A stretch of DNA of 63,810 bases, filler included, from Chiloscyllium plagiosum (GCF_004010195.1; 5 parts of one record of this genome joined end to end with filler, not necessarily neighbours in it); one strand, 5' to 3'. Shown: positions 1 through 13,635, counted from the whole stretch's first letter. The notes: generated from the letters alone by a model not told the origin. A program made the numbers and translations.

Positions 1-175
1 CACATTGCAAATTTTTGCTATAAATTCTGTGTTACGATCGAGCCCTCCACAATCACCTGATGAAGGAGCGTCGCTCCGAAAGCTAGTGTGCTTCCAATTA
101 AACCTGTTGGACTATAACCTGGTGTTGTATGATTTTTAACTTTGTACACCCCAGTCCAACACCGGCATCTCTGAA
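1..175 (+). mobile_element. Penelope-like element terminal repeat (pLTR, family 2), cut by window edge
   Basis: Near-identical to the arms of 47004-47600 and to 54466-54650; contains a hammerhead motif. Confidence 0.8.
54..88 (+). ncRNA. Minimal type I hammerhead ribozyme motif (PLE family 2)
   Basis: CAC-CUGAUGA-A-GGAGC(GUC)GCUCC-GAA-AGCU-A-GUG: core, 5-bp stem II, palindromic AGCU helix III, 3-bp stem I CAC/GUG. Confidence 0.75.
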
Positions 176-377
176 TCATAGCATCTGTCGCGTGTGTGGT
201 AATTTGCTGGAGAACTTTACTTGAAAGAGGGAATGCTCTGGTCAAGCTTTTAATCAACGTTCCAAATACCTTCCATTATGGCTTGCTGTCAAGTTTTGGT
301 AACTTGTTCTTGGAAGAAATAAGTGGCATTTAACCACTTTAAGGCTGGTATATACATTCAGGTTGTTGTTGACGTGG

Positions 378-640
378 TTAGATTAGATCCCCTACAGTGC
401 GGAAACAGGCCCTTTGGCCTAACACAGACCCAATTCCCTCTGACTTTTGCACCAAACACTATGGGCAATTTAGCATGGCCAATTCACCTGACCTGCACAT
501 CTTTGCACTGTGGGAGGAAACCGGAGCACCCTGAGGAAACCCACGCAGACATGGGGAGAATATGCAAACTCCACACAGATAGTCACCCGAGGCTGGAATC
601 GATCCTGGGACCCCCAGCAGTGCTAACCACTGAGCCACCC
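378..640 (-). mobile_element. HE1-type V-SINE
   Basis: Reverse complement has tRNA-like head (GTGGCTCAGTGGTTAGCACTG), V-domain (GGAGTTTGCATATTCTCCCC...GGTGCTCCGGTTTCCTCCCACA) and (TCTAA)n tail. Confidence 0.85.
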
Positions 641-1815
641 CAAAGCAAGAGGAAAGTTGAATTAGGAAGAAGAAAATAATAATGGGAGTGCTAAAGTAAC
701 CTTTCATGGAAGCCAAATGGTTTGAGACTAAAATCTCAAAAGTCATGATCCTGAAACTGAAAAATCAGCTTCCAATCAATATAAGTTATTATATTACATA
801 CATACACTATATCTGGTAGATTATGTTCACTGTACACTGCTATGTCATTTTAATTATTATGTAATTCCAATGCTTTTGGCATAAAAGTGACCAACTTTAA
901 ATATCAAGAGTAAACTGCAATGTGTAAATGGGTAATAATAACAGTGACGACAGTCACCTTATGTACATCGCCATGCATTACACTGTTGAATGCAATCACA
1001 TTGCTGACTATGCGCAGCCAAAATTCTTGCGTTATTAAGCTGAGTGTGATTGAAACAGCAGGGAATGGGAGGATAAATGAAGCAATGGAAAGCAATCAGT
1101 GAAACAGTCCTCCCTAAATTTAGATCTGTGATACATACTGTGTTTGACATTCCTCTGTGCCTTCTGCTGGAAGTTTACAAGATACTGCATACCCTCATGG
1201 TTTCTGTGCTCCTCCAATTCTTGTCTCTTACATCCTTTGAATTTCCTTCACTCCACCAATGGTATTTGCTTGTTTCATGGTTGGGGCCCAATTTTCTGAA
1301 AATCCTCCCCTGAACATCCCTGTTTCTTTTGCGTCCTTTAACCTGTTTGCTCAAATTTGCATCAATCATCACGTTTTGTACTAATATCACCTTTTGTGTT
1401 AGTTTGTCTGATTGATCTCCTGAGGCTTATTTTAGGCCAATTCGCTTTTTTTTGTGATGCTTTATGAATGCAAGCTGTTGTTGAGGGATGGCTTCTCAGG
1501 AATTGCCCACTGGATGATATCATGAAACTGTGAGGGTGACGTCAACGTTCAAACTTGGCATAAAGAACAAAATCGGATCATTGTCCCAGATGCAGAAAGA
1601 CCTGTACATTTCTTTTCCTGGATGTATGCCTCAGTTACTTTGTGTTTGTATTATCACTTTTATTAAATAATACATTACAGTGCAGTTATCGAAACTTGCA
1701 TTTAAAGAGCTTGCCTTTCTTTATTTTGCCCTACTCATTTCTTTGAGATATTAACTCTGGTTGGGGCTGATAATCCTCACTATCACACCTCGATCAACCT
1801 TCTTCAGATGTAAAA

Positions 1816-2039
1816 TGTCGTAATTGGAACCAGGTGGATCCCACTGACAATGAGATCCTTGATTGGGGTTGTTAGCCTGGTCCAATCAGGAAGCCCCGGC
1901 TGACGAATATTAGTAGGGGATTCAGAATCTCCTCAATTCAGGGATTGGCTCTGAGCCTGCTGGCCACAGCCAGTGTACCGTTCACTGCAAGTAAAGGGTG
2001 ACTTGGTGACAGGATACCGGCCACTGTGCAGTTATGTCA
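1816..2039 (+). mobile_element. Short solo LTR
   Basis: TGT...TCA ends, flanks TAAAA/TAAAC; homologous to 56400-56513 and 60110-60631 (reverse). Confidence 0.6.
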
Positions 2040-2149
2040 TAAACCAAATTGGACTGGAAAATATTAGCATGGGAAATCCTGACTGATCTTTCTTTCTTAC
2101 ATCTACCATAACTCACTAGATTAGCATCACTTTATTTACTGGTTCATGG

Positions 2150-2400
2150 GATATGTAAATCCTTCATTAATCCCTTTATTATCCATCTCTGACTGTCCTT
2201 GAGAGGGTGATGGTGAGCTGCTTTAATGTCCATAATGTGGTAACAATACCCATCATATTGTTAAGGAAGAGTTTTGGGATATCAACCAAGCAATAGTGAT
2301 GGGACAACAGTGTATTTCCGGATAGTGTCTTCTCAGAAGGGAACCTGCAGGTGGTGGCGTTCCCCTCTATCTGTAGTCCTTGTCTTATTCAGTGGTGTAA
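2150..2400 (-). mobile_element. CR1-clade LINE 3' fragment (family of 42815-43836)
   Basis: Reverse complement matches 43560-43800 region. Confidence 0.6.
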
Positions 2401-2489
2401 TTTGTGACAATTACATTACAATAGAGCCTATCACAATCACCGGTCATCCCAGAGTTCACAACCAACAAAGTAGCCAATAAAGAGCAGCG

Positions 2490-2920
2490 ATCATTATAGT
2501 ATAGGAAGCATGACAGCCAATTTATACATAGCAAGTTCCTACAAACAGCAATGTGGTGTTGGTTGTGAATAAGTATTAGTGAAAACAATAGGAATAATTC
2601 CCCTAGTTAGCTGGATGGCTGGTTTATGAGGCTGAGCGATGCCGACAGTGTGGGTTCAATTCCTGCACCAACTAAGGTCACCATGAAGGACTCTCCTTTT
2701 TAGCTTCTCTCCTCACCTGCGTGATAACTCTCAGGTTAAACCACCACCAATCATCCCCCTCTAATGACAGAGCAGCCCTATTGTCTGATAGGACGATGGC
2801 AACCTTACCTTTATTATATTTACTTGAACGATTGGTCGGAACCTTGGTCAAATGGCTCATCTGACAGTGCAACACCCACTCAGCAGTGCACTGACCTGGG
2901 TTATTTTGCAGTCATCTTAA
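2490..2920 (-). mobile_element. Deu-domain SINE (SacSINE1/AmnSINE-like), interrupted by another SINE
   Basis: GACAGCCAATTT...GCAAG.TCC.ACAAACAGCAATGTG then, after the insert, GACAGTGCAACAC...GTGCACTG. Confidence 0.65.
2605..2825 (+). mobile_element. tRNA-derived SINE (family also at 50800-50965 and 61081-61280)
   Basis: B-box-like GGGTTCAATTCC; GAGGTCACCATGA.GGACTC...GAGCAGCCCTAT body shared by three copies. Confidence 0.65.
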
Positions 2921-3495
2921 AGTCATAGAGTCATTCAGCAAGGAAACGGACCCTTGGGTCCAACCAGTCACTGCTGAATATAATCCCAAATTAAATGAGT
3001 CTCATCTGCCTGCTCCTGGTCCATATCCCTCCAAACCTTTCTCATTCATATGTGTATCTAAGTGTCTTCAAAATGTTATAACTGTGCCTGTGTCCACCAC
3101 TTCCCTGAGTAATTACCATTGGAAAGTCATGTTGGGGTTGTACAGGACATTGGTGAGGCCTCTTCTACCGTACTGTGTCCAGTTCTGGTTGCCCTGTTAT
3201 AGGAAGGATATTTATAAACTGGAGAGAATTCAGAAGAGATTTACTAGAATGTTGCCAGGTATAGAAGGTTTGAGTTGTAAAAAAAGGGTGGATAGCTGAG
3301 ACATTTTTCACTGGAGTGTGGGACATTGTGAGGTGACCTTTTAAAGGTTTATAAAATCATGAGGATTATAGATAAGGTTAATGGTAGGTGTCTTTTCCCT
3401 AGGATGGGGATTTCAAGACTAGGAGGTATACTTTTAAGGTGAGAGAAGAGAGATTTTAAAAAAGACATTGGGGCAATTTTTTTACACAGAGGGTG
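2920..3495. mobile_element. CR1/HER1 LINE fragments (3' tail on -, RT C-terminus on +)
   Basis: ORF 3084-3299 LYRTLVRPLLPYCVQFW...LERIQKRFTRMLPG. Confidence 0.8.
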
Positions 3496-4699
3496 TTTCG
3501 CGTCCCATTATTGATTTAATTAAAGCACCCCTCATTAAGTATTCCAAGGCTGAACTGTTGGCAAAGAATGGTGCTAGGTATGAAACAGACATTTTGCATA
3601 TTTTTTGCCAGTTTTTCATCTTCCCACCTGAACACATCAATGATCTGCTGAGCTACGGATCCATGGACATGCCACTGTCCTTAACTTAAACTAAATATTC
3701 ATTTTCACAAGGCAGTTTAGACAGCCCTTTCAGTTTATTTCATCATGTTGGACATCTTGTAAAAACATTCACCAAATCAAAATGCATCTGAGGAGTTAAA
3801 AAACTGCATGACATTGTGGGAAGGTAGACAGATGAGGTTCAGATCTATAAGAATAAATGGGTTTTGTGCAACTAAATATCTTGTTTCTCCTCTTTGCAAA
3901 AATCTGATATAAAATTCGTGGTACCATCAATCTCTTTATCTTTAATGCATTTTTTTCTCTCTATTCCACTTCTAGCCAAGACCATATGCGCGTCTCAACA
4001 CAATGGTAGATGGGAATGAGTGCAACAAAGCACATTTAACTGAAGGGCTGGCCAATTTTTCAAGCCAGGCTGAGGTACTCTGATTGTAAATCATTGATTT
4101 TTCATTTACACCAAAAAGCCCAATGGATGGGGACATAAAGACAGACAACAGCAGCAGCAGGCTAAGCATCAAGCTGCAATAGGCAGTCAGAATGCTTTTG
4201 AGAATCAATAGGTCAGGCTTCGCTGATCCACTTGATATCTTTAAGGGGGCAATTAAATTATCCAGAGATGTTACATCCATGAGGACTTTAAAGGTGATTG
4301 GTTGCAAGTCTGTTCACTGAATGTGCAAATGGGATGATGACTGTACAGTCATGGATGAATAAAATAAAAGAAAATTGGACATTTAAATGGACTCATTCAC
4401 AACCTTCAGTTATCCCAGAATGTTGTACAGTCACTAAAACCCTTTTGAAGTGTAGCTACCATCTTGACTTGGAAATATATGACTGTTCCTTCAATACCTT
4501 TATTTCAAATCCCCCCCCCCCCCCCCCCCCCCATCATGGATCTACTTACAGCCCATAGAACACAGCTGTTTATGACAACTCACCCTTACCTTCTCAAAGG
4601 CAGCAAGGGAGGATAGTAAATGCTGCCCCAGTCAGCAACACTCATATTCCATGCAGGAATTTTTTAAAAAGCTAGGAAATGTGGCAACAAATTTGTAAA

Positions 4700-4965
4700 C
4701 ACCCAAAAATAGCAATGTGATCATTGGTTGAGTGATAAATTTTAGCCAAGTCACCAGGGAGAGCTGCCCTTCGCTTCTTCAAATTTGGATTATGTCATCT
4801 GACCAAGAAGGTAGATAAGACCTCGATTTGACTTCTCATGTACAAAACAGCACCCCAACACTGTAGCACTGCACTGGGGTATCGCACAGGATTGTCCTTT
4901 GAGGTCCTCCCAGTGACCCTATAACCTCACAATCTCCTAACTCATAGGTGAAAGTGCTACCCACA
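4700..4965 (-). mobile_element. Deu-domain SINE remnant
   Basis: AGCAATGTGAT...GATAAATTTTAGCCAAG.CACCAGGGAGAGCT..CT..CTCTTC motifs. Confidence 0.55.
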
Positions 4966-5264
4966 GGGTTATGGTGAATGATCTAACAGCTGAGTGGATA
5001 CCTTCAATGCAATCAGAAGACTCTTCATTGCAACGTCAAGGTGTTTAAAGGCAAATTGTGAATGTAATGTTTATGTGTAATAATTAGCTGTAATAAAATG
5101 TCTTTTGGATTCTTCAGTTTCACAATATCCATACCTAGTGTCTTGATTTATAAACAGTAGCATAAACTTTGCCAAGGTGAAAAATCACAAGGATCTCCAA
5201 CCTGAGTGTTAACCCACCCATTCAGAGGAGGCCTTGATGGTGATATGGCATGGGTTCGCAAGCC

Positions 5265-5600
5265 CAGAGTGGGAAACTCTGCGGGATGGTGTGGGCTGGT
5301 ATAGCCCAGAGAGGGACACTCTCTCTGGGGCATGGTGTGGAGAGGTGTAGCTCGGAGGGGGACACTCTCTGTGGTACGGTGTTGCGGGGGTGTAGCCCGG
5401 AGAGGGGCACTCTCTCTGTGGCATGGTGTGGGCTGTTGTAGCCTGGAGCGGGACATTCTCTCTGGGGCATGACATGGGGTGGTGTAGATTGGAGCGGGAC
5501 ACTCTGTCTGCGGCTTGGTGTGGGCTGGAAATTCTGGAGCGGGACACTCTGTCTGCAGGATGGTGTGTGCTGGGTATCCTGGAGCAGGACTCTGACAGTG
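5265..5600. repeat. GC-rich minisatellite, 46-bp unit, ~7 copies
   Basis: Unit ~GGAGCGGGACACTCTGTCTGCGGCATGGTGTGGGCTGGTGTAGCCC; copies 5399-5444 and 5445-5490. Confidence 0.85.
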
Positions 5601-6169
5601 TGTAACAGTGGAAAAGGAAAGGTTGGACTCTCTTTAAGTTGTCTTCTTTTATTTTAATCTGCAAATGGTGTTTACTAACAAGCGTTGTCACACACTTTTC
5701 ACTGGAATTTTATACTGAATACACATGACAAGTAAGAATATTCAAACTAAAGATATCAATCCTGCAATCCTCTGATTGCATGTTTTGGCTGTGCTTATTT
5801 TTTTAAAACTGGAATAAATTGCTCCTGTCTTTCCGGTTTATACTTACATAAAATACAACACAAATTTTACAAGTTTCAGGACATCACCCAAATTTCTTTT
5901 TGAAATCATATACATTGTATATAATTAGCTAGGAATATGAATCAAATCTTGTGGCTGGATTCTCCAGGTCTTCACGTTTTAATAAAAACTCTACGGTTGA
6001 AATATTTATATTGAGAGGTCAAATTTGGTAAGACACATGTAATCGTGTGTAAACAAATACAAATTTGGCACCAAATACAAGAAGGTTGTCACACACAAAC
6101 AATTTAAGCTGCATAAATTTCTTTCAATTTTTCTAACATATGGATCTACTCCTGGTAGATATCCATATC

Positions 6170-7935
6170 CCAATGTAGTTCATGCTTGTGCTGGAGGCAG
6201 GTTCAGTTGAGGCATTCCACAAGGCCATAAGACATAGGAGCAGAGGGACACTATTCAGCCCACTGAGTCTGCTGTGCAATTCAATCAGATCATGGCTTAT
6301 CTGACGATCTTCAACTCAACGTTGTTGCCTTTTTCCCATAACACTTGATTCCCTTACTGATTAAAAATCTGTCTGTCTCAGACTTGAACATACTCAATGA
6401 GTCAGCCTCAACAGCCATCTGTGGTAAAGAATTCCGCAAATTCACAACCTCCCAAGAGAAGAAATTCTTTTTCATCTCTGTCTTAAATGTATGGCCCTTA
6501 CTCTGAGATTATGCCCTCCGGTCCTAGACTCTCCCACCAGGGCAAACAATGTTTTGCATCTACCTTATTAAGTCCACTGAGAATATTGCCTGTATAAGAG
6601 TATGAGATGAACTTTTGGAGAGAAATAGTGTGCAAAGATGAGGGGGAAAGGAAGGAGCTTCACACTACGTAATGATGCTCATTTGAAGAGCCAGCACAAG
6701 CATGCTGGACTGAATTTCCTCCTTCTGCAAAATAATAATTCTGTGATTCTGTAGTGGCAACCTCACTGAACCTCTGGCTTGTAAAGAAGCCAGGAAATGT
6801 GTTAAACATGAGGATTGAAAGCAATTTAGATTCCAGAAAAAAGTTGAGAATTACAAACTTATAGATGAGAAAGACAATATGAATTCAACCATGTGAGGAA
6901 CATAAAGATTGACTGTAAAAGCTTCTTTGGGTTTCTGAAAAAGAAATATTAGCTTGGGTGAATGTTGGCATATTATAGGTGAAGATAAAGGAAGTTACAA
7001 TGGAATACAGGAAAATGACAAAGAAGCTAAACAGTTACTTTTCATCTGTCTTCACAGAAGAAATACAAAAAAAATCCCAGGAATATAAAGCAATCAAGTG
7101 ATTTGTGAAACTGAAGAACTAAAAAGAATTAGTCTTATAGTCTTATAAAGGTGTTGTACTTCAATTTTACTTAGATTGAAGGTTGATACATCTCCTGAAC
7201 TTGATGGATTTCATTTCAGATTGTGGAAGAAGATGGCTAGAAAGATAACAGATACTAAATGGTTAGCTGTCAAAATTCTATAAATTCTGGAAAGGTTATT
7301 GAAGATTGAAAAATAGAAAAGTTATCCCTACTACTTAAGAAGGGAGTAACTGAGAGAATGGAGAACTGTAGACCTCTTAGTTTGATGACCGTGCCAGCGA
7401 AACCATTAGAATCCATGATAAAGATTGTGATAATGGGACCTTTTGAAATGAATGTTGAAATTGGGCAGAATCAACTTGATTTTATCAAAGGGAGATAACC
7501 CATTTGACGTGCTTGTCAGACATGGTAAGAATATTACGTGCATCAATGACAAAGTAGAACTAATGGATGTGACATATTTAACTTTTCAGAAGCTTTTGTT
7601 ATCAGGTGCAGCTAATGAAAATCATAGTATGAGGTATCAGACAACAGATATTAGCGTGGATTTTGAATTGGTTAAGAGTTTGAAAGCAGGGAGTATTGAT
7701 TATTGTTATTAATTTGATCCACAGTTGTTCACAATCTATATTAATGATTCGGACGTGGGACCAATTATGCTATTGCTAAATGGGCCCTTAATGGACTTTG
7801 CATGTAAATCAATCAATTGGAAAACACAGCTGATTTAAAGGTGGTGGTTACTAGATGCAATCTAGATGCAAATATTTCCCCAGCCAGTGAGTTTAGAACT
7901 GGAGGTTATAATTGCAGGATACAGAGTATAAAATA
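6170..7935. mobile_element. Old CR1 LINE fragments (minus-strand 3' end ~6225-6590; degraded plus-strand ORF2 ~6870-7935)
   Basis: Degenerate SPELDG, NCRPLSL, DVTYLTFQK motifs paralleling the younger CR1 at 17065-18940. Confidence 0.65.
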
Positions 7936-7939
7936 ACAT

Positions 7940-8083
7940 AAAAATGAGCAGGAAGAGTAAGCAATTCAGTCCCTCAAGCCTATTCTACCATTTAACACAA
8001 TCACAGCTCACCTCATTATACCCTCAACTCCACTTTTCAGACTTTATAACTCATAACCCCTCCATAACCCTTCAACCCCCACT
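7940..8083 (-). mobile_element. CR1 3' end (continues at 15214-15776)
   Basis: Reverse-strand CR1 tail whose sequence resumes after 15213. Confidence 0.6.
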
Positions 8084-8123
8084 ACAGAAGCTTGGTCTGC
8101 AGGTGTAACAGGTAATTAAGAAG

Positions 8124-8862
8124 TATTATAAAATTGAAGGTGTGTACTGTACCTTTAAGAGAGTGAATGCAGTTCTGTACGCTTGCAAGGACCTGTCATA
8201 TGACAAGATAGCAGTCCCAGAGTGTACTGGGAATTGAAAATATGTAACATTTGACTGTGACATGGATACCTGAATTGGTTGCTGTTTTGACAATAATTCA
8301 AATTTAACCAATCAGTTTAAATTATGCCCCAGGATACTGAAGTCCAAACAAGTTTCAATGTATTGTTTTGCCAACAATAAACCAATGAGATGATCCATGT
8401 TGGGGATATAAAAAAGACAGGCATTTTGAAAATCAGATAGAGCAACTGCCATCAACACAGACCCAAGAAATTAGGAAACACATTCTATCAAAAGTACCTT
8501 TTCATATGACACATATTTGCAGTAAAAAAGATAGATGATGACCCAGGGAGATCTTCAGCTGGAAGAAAAAAGATATCAAAGATGACAGCTGCTGTGTGGT
8601 TTTGAAAATAAGTTGATTCAATTTTAATAAGTCTCTTACTGGAACAGTAGATTGTTATAGATTTGGAGGCAGGTAATAAGTAGTTAAAAAATCAGGCATT
8701 AGAGTTGTGGATAGATGTTTAATGTTCACTTTTACAGTTAAAAAAATTATTTTATTTAAATAGTGGCATTTGGGAGTTCTCTGTCACTCACACTTTAACA
8801 GATTACGAGGCATGGTGAGCTTTTCTGGGTGTTTGGCTTAATTAACAGAAGGGTTCACCGTG
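8124..8862 (+). repeat. 5' LTR (TG mutated to TA; 3' end and PBS deleted)
   Basis: Colinear with 13647-14626 but stops at ...GGTTCACCG without the terminal GTAACA. Confidence 0.88.
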
Positions 8863-9046
8863 ATTTGGGCAGGTTTAGACAGATCCAGTCTGAGATTTGG
8901 ACAGATTTAAACATATTTAGGGTACAAAAGATCCAAGCAGATTTAAATACTTGCTGATTAGTGCCCTAGATCTTTATATAAAATGTAGGTGAGCTAATTT
9001 GTTTAATTTCGGTTACTTGCGGTTGGTTAAATTAAAAGAGAGGGAA

Positions 9047-10230
9047 ATGGCTCTTAAGATTGCTGAAGAGATTTTGGGGTTTGAAGATGCTTCCCAAATT
9101 TGCCAAGGAAGTTTAGAAAGACAGAGGAAGGACATACTTTTAGAATTAGTGAACAGGTTAGAATTGGATTTAACTAGAGACAAAAGGAAAGCTGAAATTC
9201 TAATGGAGTTGGTCAAGCACTTAGGTGTATCAGAGAAACAGACAAGTGCAGTAAAGTTAGAAAAGCTTAAATTGCAATTGAGGCAAATGGAGTTAGAAAG
9301 TAAAGAGAAAAAGAGAGAGAGAGAGAAGAAGGAGAGAGAAAGAGAGAGAGAAGGAAGAGAGAGGAAAATGAAAGGGAGAGAAGGTTCTTAGCTGAGCAAA
9401 GAGAGAGAGAAAGAGAGAGAGAAGAAAGAAAGGGAGAGTGAACTTGAACTTCAGAAGTTGCGATTTAATCAGGAAAGTCAAGTTAACAGGATGGAGATGA
9501 AGAGAGAAGGTAGTGATGTATACAAATATGTTAAAACTCTGCCACATTTTGATGAGAAAGATGTTGAAGCCTTCTTTATTTCATTTGAAAAATTGGCTAG
9601 GCAGACGGAGTGGTCAGAGAACTTGGGAGTAATGCTAGTTCAGACTAAGCTGGTAGGCAGAGCTAGTGACGTATTTGCAGCGCTGTCAGATAAGGGGTCA
9701 AGGGATTATGCAGATGTCAAAAAGGCTATTTTTAGTGCTTATGAATTGGTACAAGAAGTGCATAGACAGCGGTTCAAAAACATAAAGAAGGAACCAGGTC
9801 AGACTTATGTTGAGTTAAAAAGAATTAAACATAGTCAGTTTGACAGATAGGTACGGGCCTTACAAATAGATAAGACCTTTGAGACTCTAAGAGAGATTAT
9901 TCTGCTGGAGGAGTTTCAAAATTCATTTCCAGAGATGGTAAGAATTCATGTGGATGAACAGAAAGTTCAACATGCGAGAACAGCAACAGAGATGGTAGAT
10001 GAATATGCATTGGTGCATAAGGCAAAGTTTAACTTCCGGCAAGAATTTCTTCCTGTGCAGAATGGAAATTAGGAGAAGGTGAGATCCTACACGACAAAAC
10101 AAAGAGTAGGGCTCACTGGTAATAGTTTACAACAGGTGAAAAAAGAAGCCCAAGAGGGTGAATAGGAAGTGAAAGGCCTCAGGTGTTTCCACTGTGGTAA
10201 AGTGGGACATGTAAAGTCACAGTGCTGGTC
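9047..10230 (+). pseudogene. gag (E/R/K coiled coil, capsid/SCAN-like region, zinc knuckle), frameshifted with stops
   Basis: FDEKDVEAFFISFEKLA; CFHCGKVGHVKSQC (CX2CX4HX4C) at 10184-10225. Confidence 0.85.
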
Positions 10231-10399
10231 GTTAAAGAAAGGAGCTGTGGGAAAAGATGTGCAAAAGAGGCTAAACCTGTAGCATTAGTAAAAGTAGTGG
10301 AAAACCACAAGAAAAGTCAAGGAGTTGCAGAAGAGTGCACACCTAGGCAAGGGCTAGGTATTGAGTTAGTGTCTGATCTCTATAAAGACTTTGCCTCTG

Positions 10400-10790
10400 T
10401 GGGTAAAGTTTACTCAGGAAGACCAGAGGGAAAAGGGAAAGAAGTTATAATTTTGAGAGGTACAGGATCTAATCTGTCTCTAATAGTAAAAGATGAATGC
10501 ATTTCACTGTTTCTGACATGTTATCTGAGACAATGGTAATTTGTGGAATTGATGGACAGAAATTTAGCATTCCCTGTGTAAGATTAGGCTGGAGAACCAA
10601 ATCAAGACTGAGGAGGTTACAGTGGGAGTGTTTGGCAGTGTATCAGCTCCAGGAATACAGTTTGTTCTTGGGAAAGATTTAGCAGGATCCAAGGTGGGAG
10701 AGACACCCCTTGTTGTGGAGAAGCCAAAGGAAGACCAAGGAAATTAGGAATTAAAAGAAAAGTACCCTGGAATTTTTCCAGACTGTGTAT
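10400..10790 (+). pseudogene. Aspartic protease remnant
   Basis: IILRGTGSNLSLI corresponds to the LRDTG catalytic motif with D>G. Confidence 0.7.
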
Positions 10791-10959
10791 TAACAATAAA
10801 AGATACATATGTTGATGCATATTCAGAAAAGGAAGCAGAATGTATTCCTGAGGGCTATTATCTTAAATATTGAATCCTAAGATGAAAATGGAGACCACGG
10901 CAGGTTAGTACAGAGGAGAAATGGGTGGTAGTGTTGTTGGTCGCATACAGACTGGATAG

Positions 10960-11750
10960 CACATGCATTACCAGTAGGAGATCATCTATGTGTGAGGAAT
11001 ACTCAGGCTAAGGTACAAAAGCACTTCTAAAGGCCTGGACTGCACAAGGATGTGGTTAAGTTTTGCGGTACATGTCATACATGCCAAATGACAGGTAAGC
11101 CACAGGCAGTAATAAAACCAACATCTTTGTTGCCAATTCCTGCATTCGAAGAACCTTTCTTGTGGGTTATAATTGATTGTGTAGGTCCCCTTCCAAAAGC
11201 TAAAAGTGAGAACCAGTACTTGCTAACTATGATGGATGTGTCTACCAGATTTCCGGAGGCAATGCCATGGCAGAGTATTAAGGCAAAAAGGGTGGTGGAG
11301 TTAGCAACTTTCTTCACGCGGTAGTGCTACCCAGAGAGATTCGGTCAGACCAAGGGTCTAATTTTACTGCTATGCTATTTAAAGAAGTCACATATAGCTT
11401 AGCTATACAGCACCTTAAATCAAGTGCACACCATCCTGAATCCCAGGGAACTTTTGGAAAAGTGACATCAGACCCTGAAGACCATGTTAAGAGCATATTG
11501 TCAGGACTACCTGAATGATTGGGATAAAGGTATTCTGTTCGTACTGCTTACCATTAGAGATGCTACAAATAAATCAATTCAGTTTACTCTCTTTGAGTTA
11601 ATATTCAGACATTAAGTGAGAGGGCCTTTGAAATTAATTAAATAAAAATTATCAGGACCAAAGTCAGAGATATCACACTTGGATTATGCATCTGAGGTGA
11701 AGGGGAGATTATATCGGATAGGTGAGTTAGCTAAACAGCACCTGAAGAGG
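10960..11750 (+). pseudogene. Integrase remnant
   Basis: CGTCHTCQ, IIDCVGPLP, SDQGSNF, HHPESQG. Confidence 0.88.
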
Positions 11751-12199
11751 GCACAACATAGAATGAAACATTTGTCAGATTAAAAACTCTAAAATTCAGA
11801 CATTTTCCCATGGGGATAACCTATTAGCATTGTTACTGTGGTAGGAGATCCCTTTATAGTCAGATTTAGTGGTCGCCATCAAATTTAGAAAAAAATTGAG
11901 TAAGGTAAAGTATTTGATAAAGATACAGGATTGAAAAAAACTGTATCGTTTATGTCATGTGACTATGCTGAAATTTTACTATAATAGAGATAGGGAACTA
12001 GAGAAACAGCTGTCAGTTACTGTCCCACAGAGTGAGGAATCAAATCCATGTCATGGAGTTTGGTGCACCTCAAACTACATTAAATAATGAGGAAGTCCTT
12101 GAGGAGTGGGATCTGTTCCAGTTGAAAGGTTTGTTGCAGCAGTGTGGGGACATATGCAGGAATAAGATGGGGAAAATTAATACTATTGTGCAAGAAATG

Positions 12200-12980
12200 G
12201 AGGTAGGGAATGCTGTTCCGGTAAGACAACACCCCTACAAACTCAATCCTCTCAAAGCCACACAGGTCCAGAAGGAAGTGGATGTGATACTCAATGAAAA
12301 TATCATCAAACCGAGTCAGAGTGGAGTTTGCCGATTGTGTGAGTTCCCAAACCTGATAGAACTCAATGATTTTGTGTGGACAATCAGAAGGTCAATGCCA
12401 TAACAAAATCAGACTCATACCCAATACCAAGCTCAGAGGACTGCATACAGAAAGTTGGACAAGCCGGTTACGTTACAAGGTTGGACTTACTGCTTGGTTA
12501 TTGGCAGGTACCTTTATCAGTGAAAGTGAAAGACGTTTCTGCATTTGTCACCCCAAATGGGCTATATCAATTGAAAGTAATGCCCTTTGGAATAAAGAAT
12601 GCACTTGTCACATTCCAAAGACTCATGAACAGAGTTGTGGCTGGATTAACAAACTGTGCAGTTTATCTGGACGATATAGTGGTCTTTAGCAAGTCATGGA
12701 AAGATCATATGGTACAGTTGGCAGAGTTCTTTGAACTTACGAGAAGCAAAACTGGTGATAAACTTAAAGAAAACGGAACACACGAAGGCAGTGGTGACAT
12801 TCTTGGGACATAACATTGGTCATGAAAGTTTGACCCCAAGGAACGTGAAGACAAAGGCCTTTGAGGAATTTCCACGACCATTCTCAAAGAAAGCGGTGCT
12901 TTGATTTTTGGGACTAAGCGGATTCTACCGTAAGTTTGTTCCAAACTTCAGCAGCATAGTGGCACCACAAATGGATTTAC
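12200..12980 (+). pseudogene. Reverse transcriptase remnant
   Basis: PVRQHPY, DSYPIP, LDLLLGYWQVP, MPFGIKNA, YLDD at 12664-12675. Confidence 0.9.
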
Positions 12981-13084
12981 TGAAGAAGAACACACACTTT
13001 TGGTGAACAGAACAATACCAGGCAGCATTTGACAATTTAAAAGCAGTATTAACCATCACACCGGTTTTAACTGCACCAAATTTT

Positions 13085-13460
13085 TTGTCATCCTTCAAAG
13101 TTGTAATCAATGGTATCAATATAGGAGTTGGAGATTTACTGCTACAGGAAGATAATGATGGAATTAAATGGCCAATTGGCTACTTTTCAAAGAAATTCAA
13201 CACCCACCAGAGAATATACTCTACCATCGACAAAGAATTATTGAGTTGGTACTGGCTTTACAACATTTTAATGTTTATGTGATGAACAATGTGTCAGAGA
13301 CAATTATGTACACTGACTACAATCCTCTTACATTCTTGGAATGACTTAGAGGCAAACATATAAGACTATTTCATTGGCATTTTATGCTACAGACTTTTAA
13401 TTTACAAACTATACATGTTGTGGGTCATAAAAATGTGATAGCAGATGCGTAATCGCGGAT
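13085..13460 (+). pseudogene. RNase H remnant
   Basis: GVG.LLLQ, PIGYFSKKF, YSTIDKELL, YTDYNPL, NVIADA. Confidence 0.85.
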
Positions 13461-13635
13461 TTAAAGAAAAAACTATAGATAGGATGGGACAGGTTTCAAA
13501 GTTAGATATATCTGCACAGAAATTAAAATGAAAGTAAAAAATTAGATTAGTGACCTATGTATTTCATTGTAATGGGATTAAGAATTACAAAAAATAACGA
13601 AGCCATCTTTTTGTTATGCTGGTTCATTTTTTCTT

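Noticed and set aside
5148..5691. Overlapping Pro/His-rich ORFs
   Set aside because: Translations of the 46-bp minisatellite
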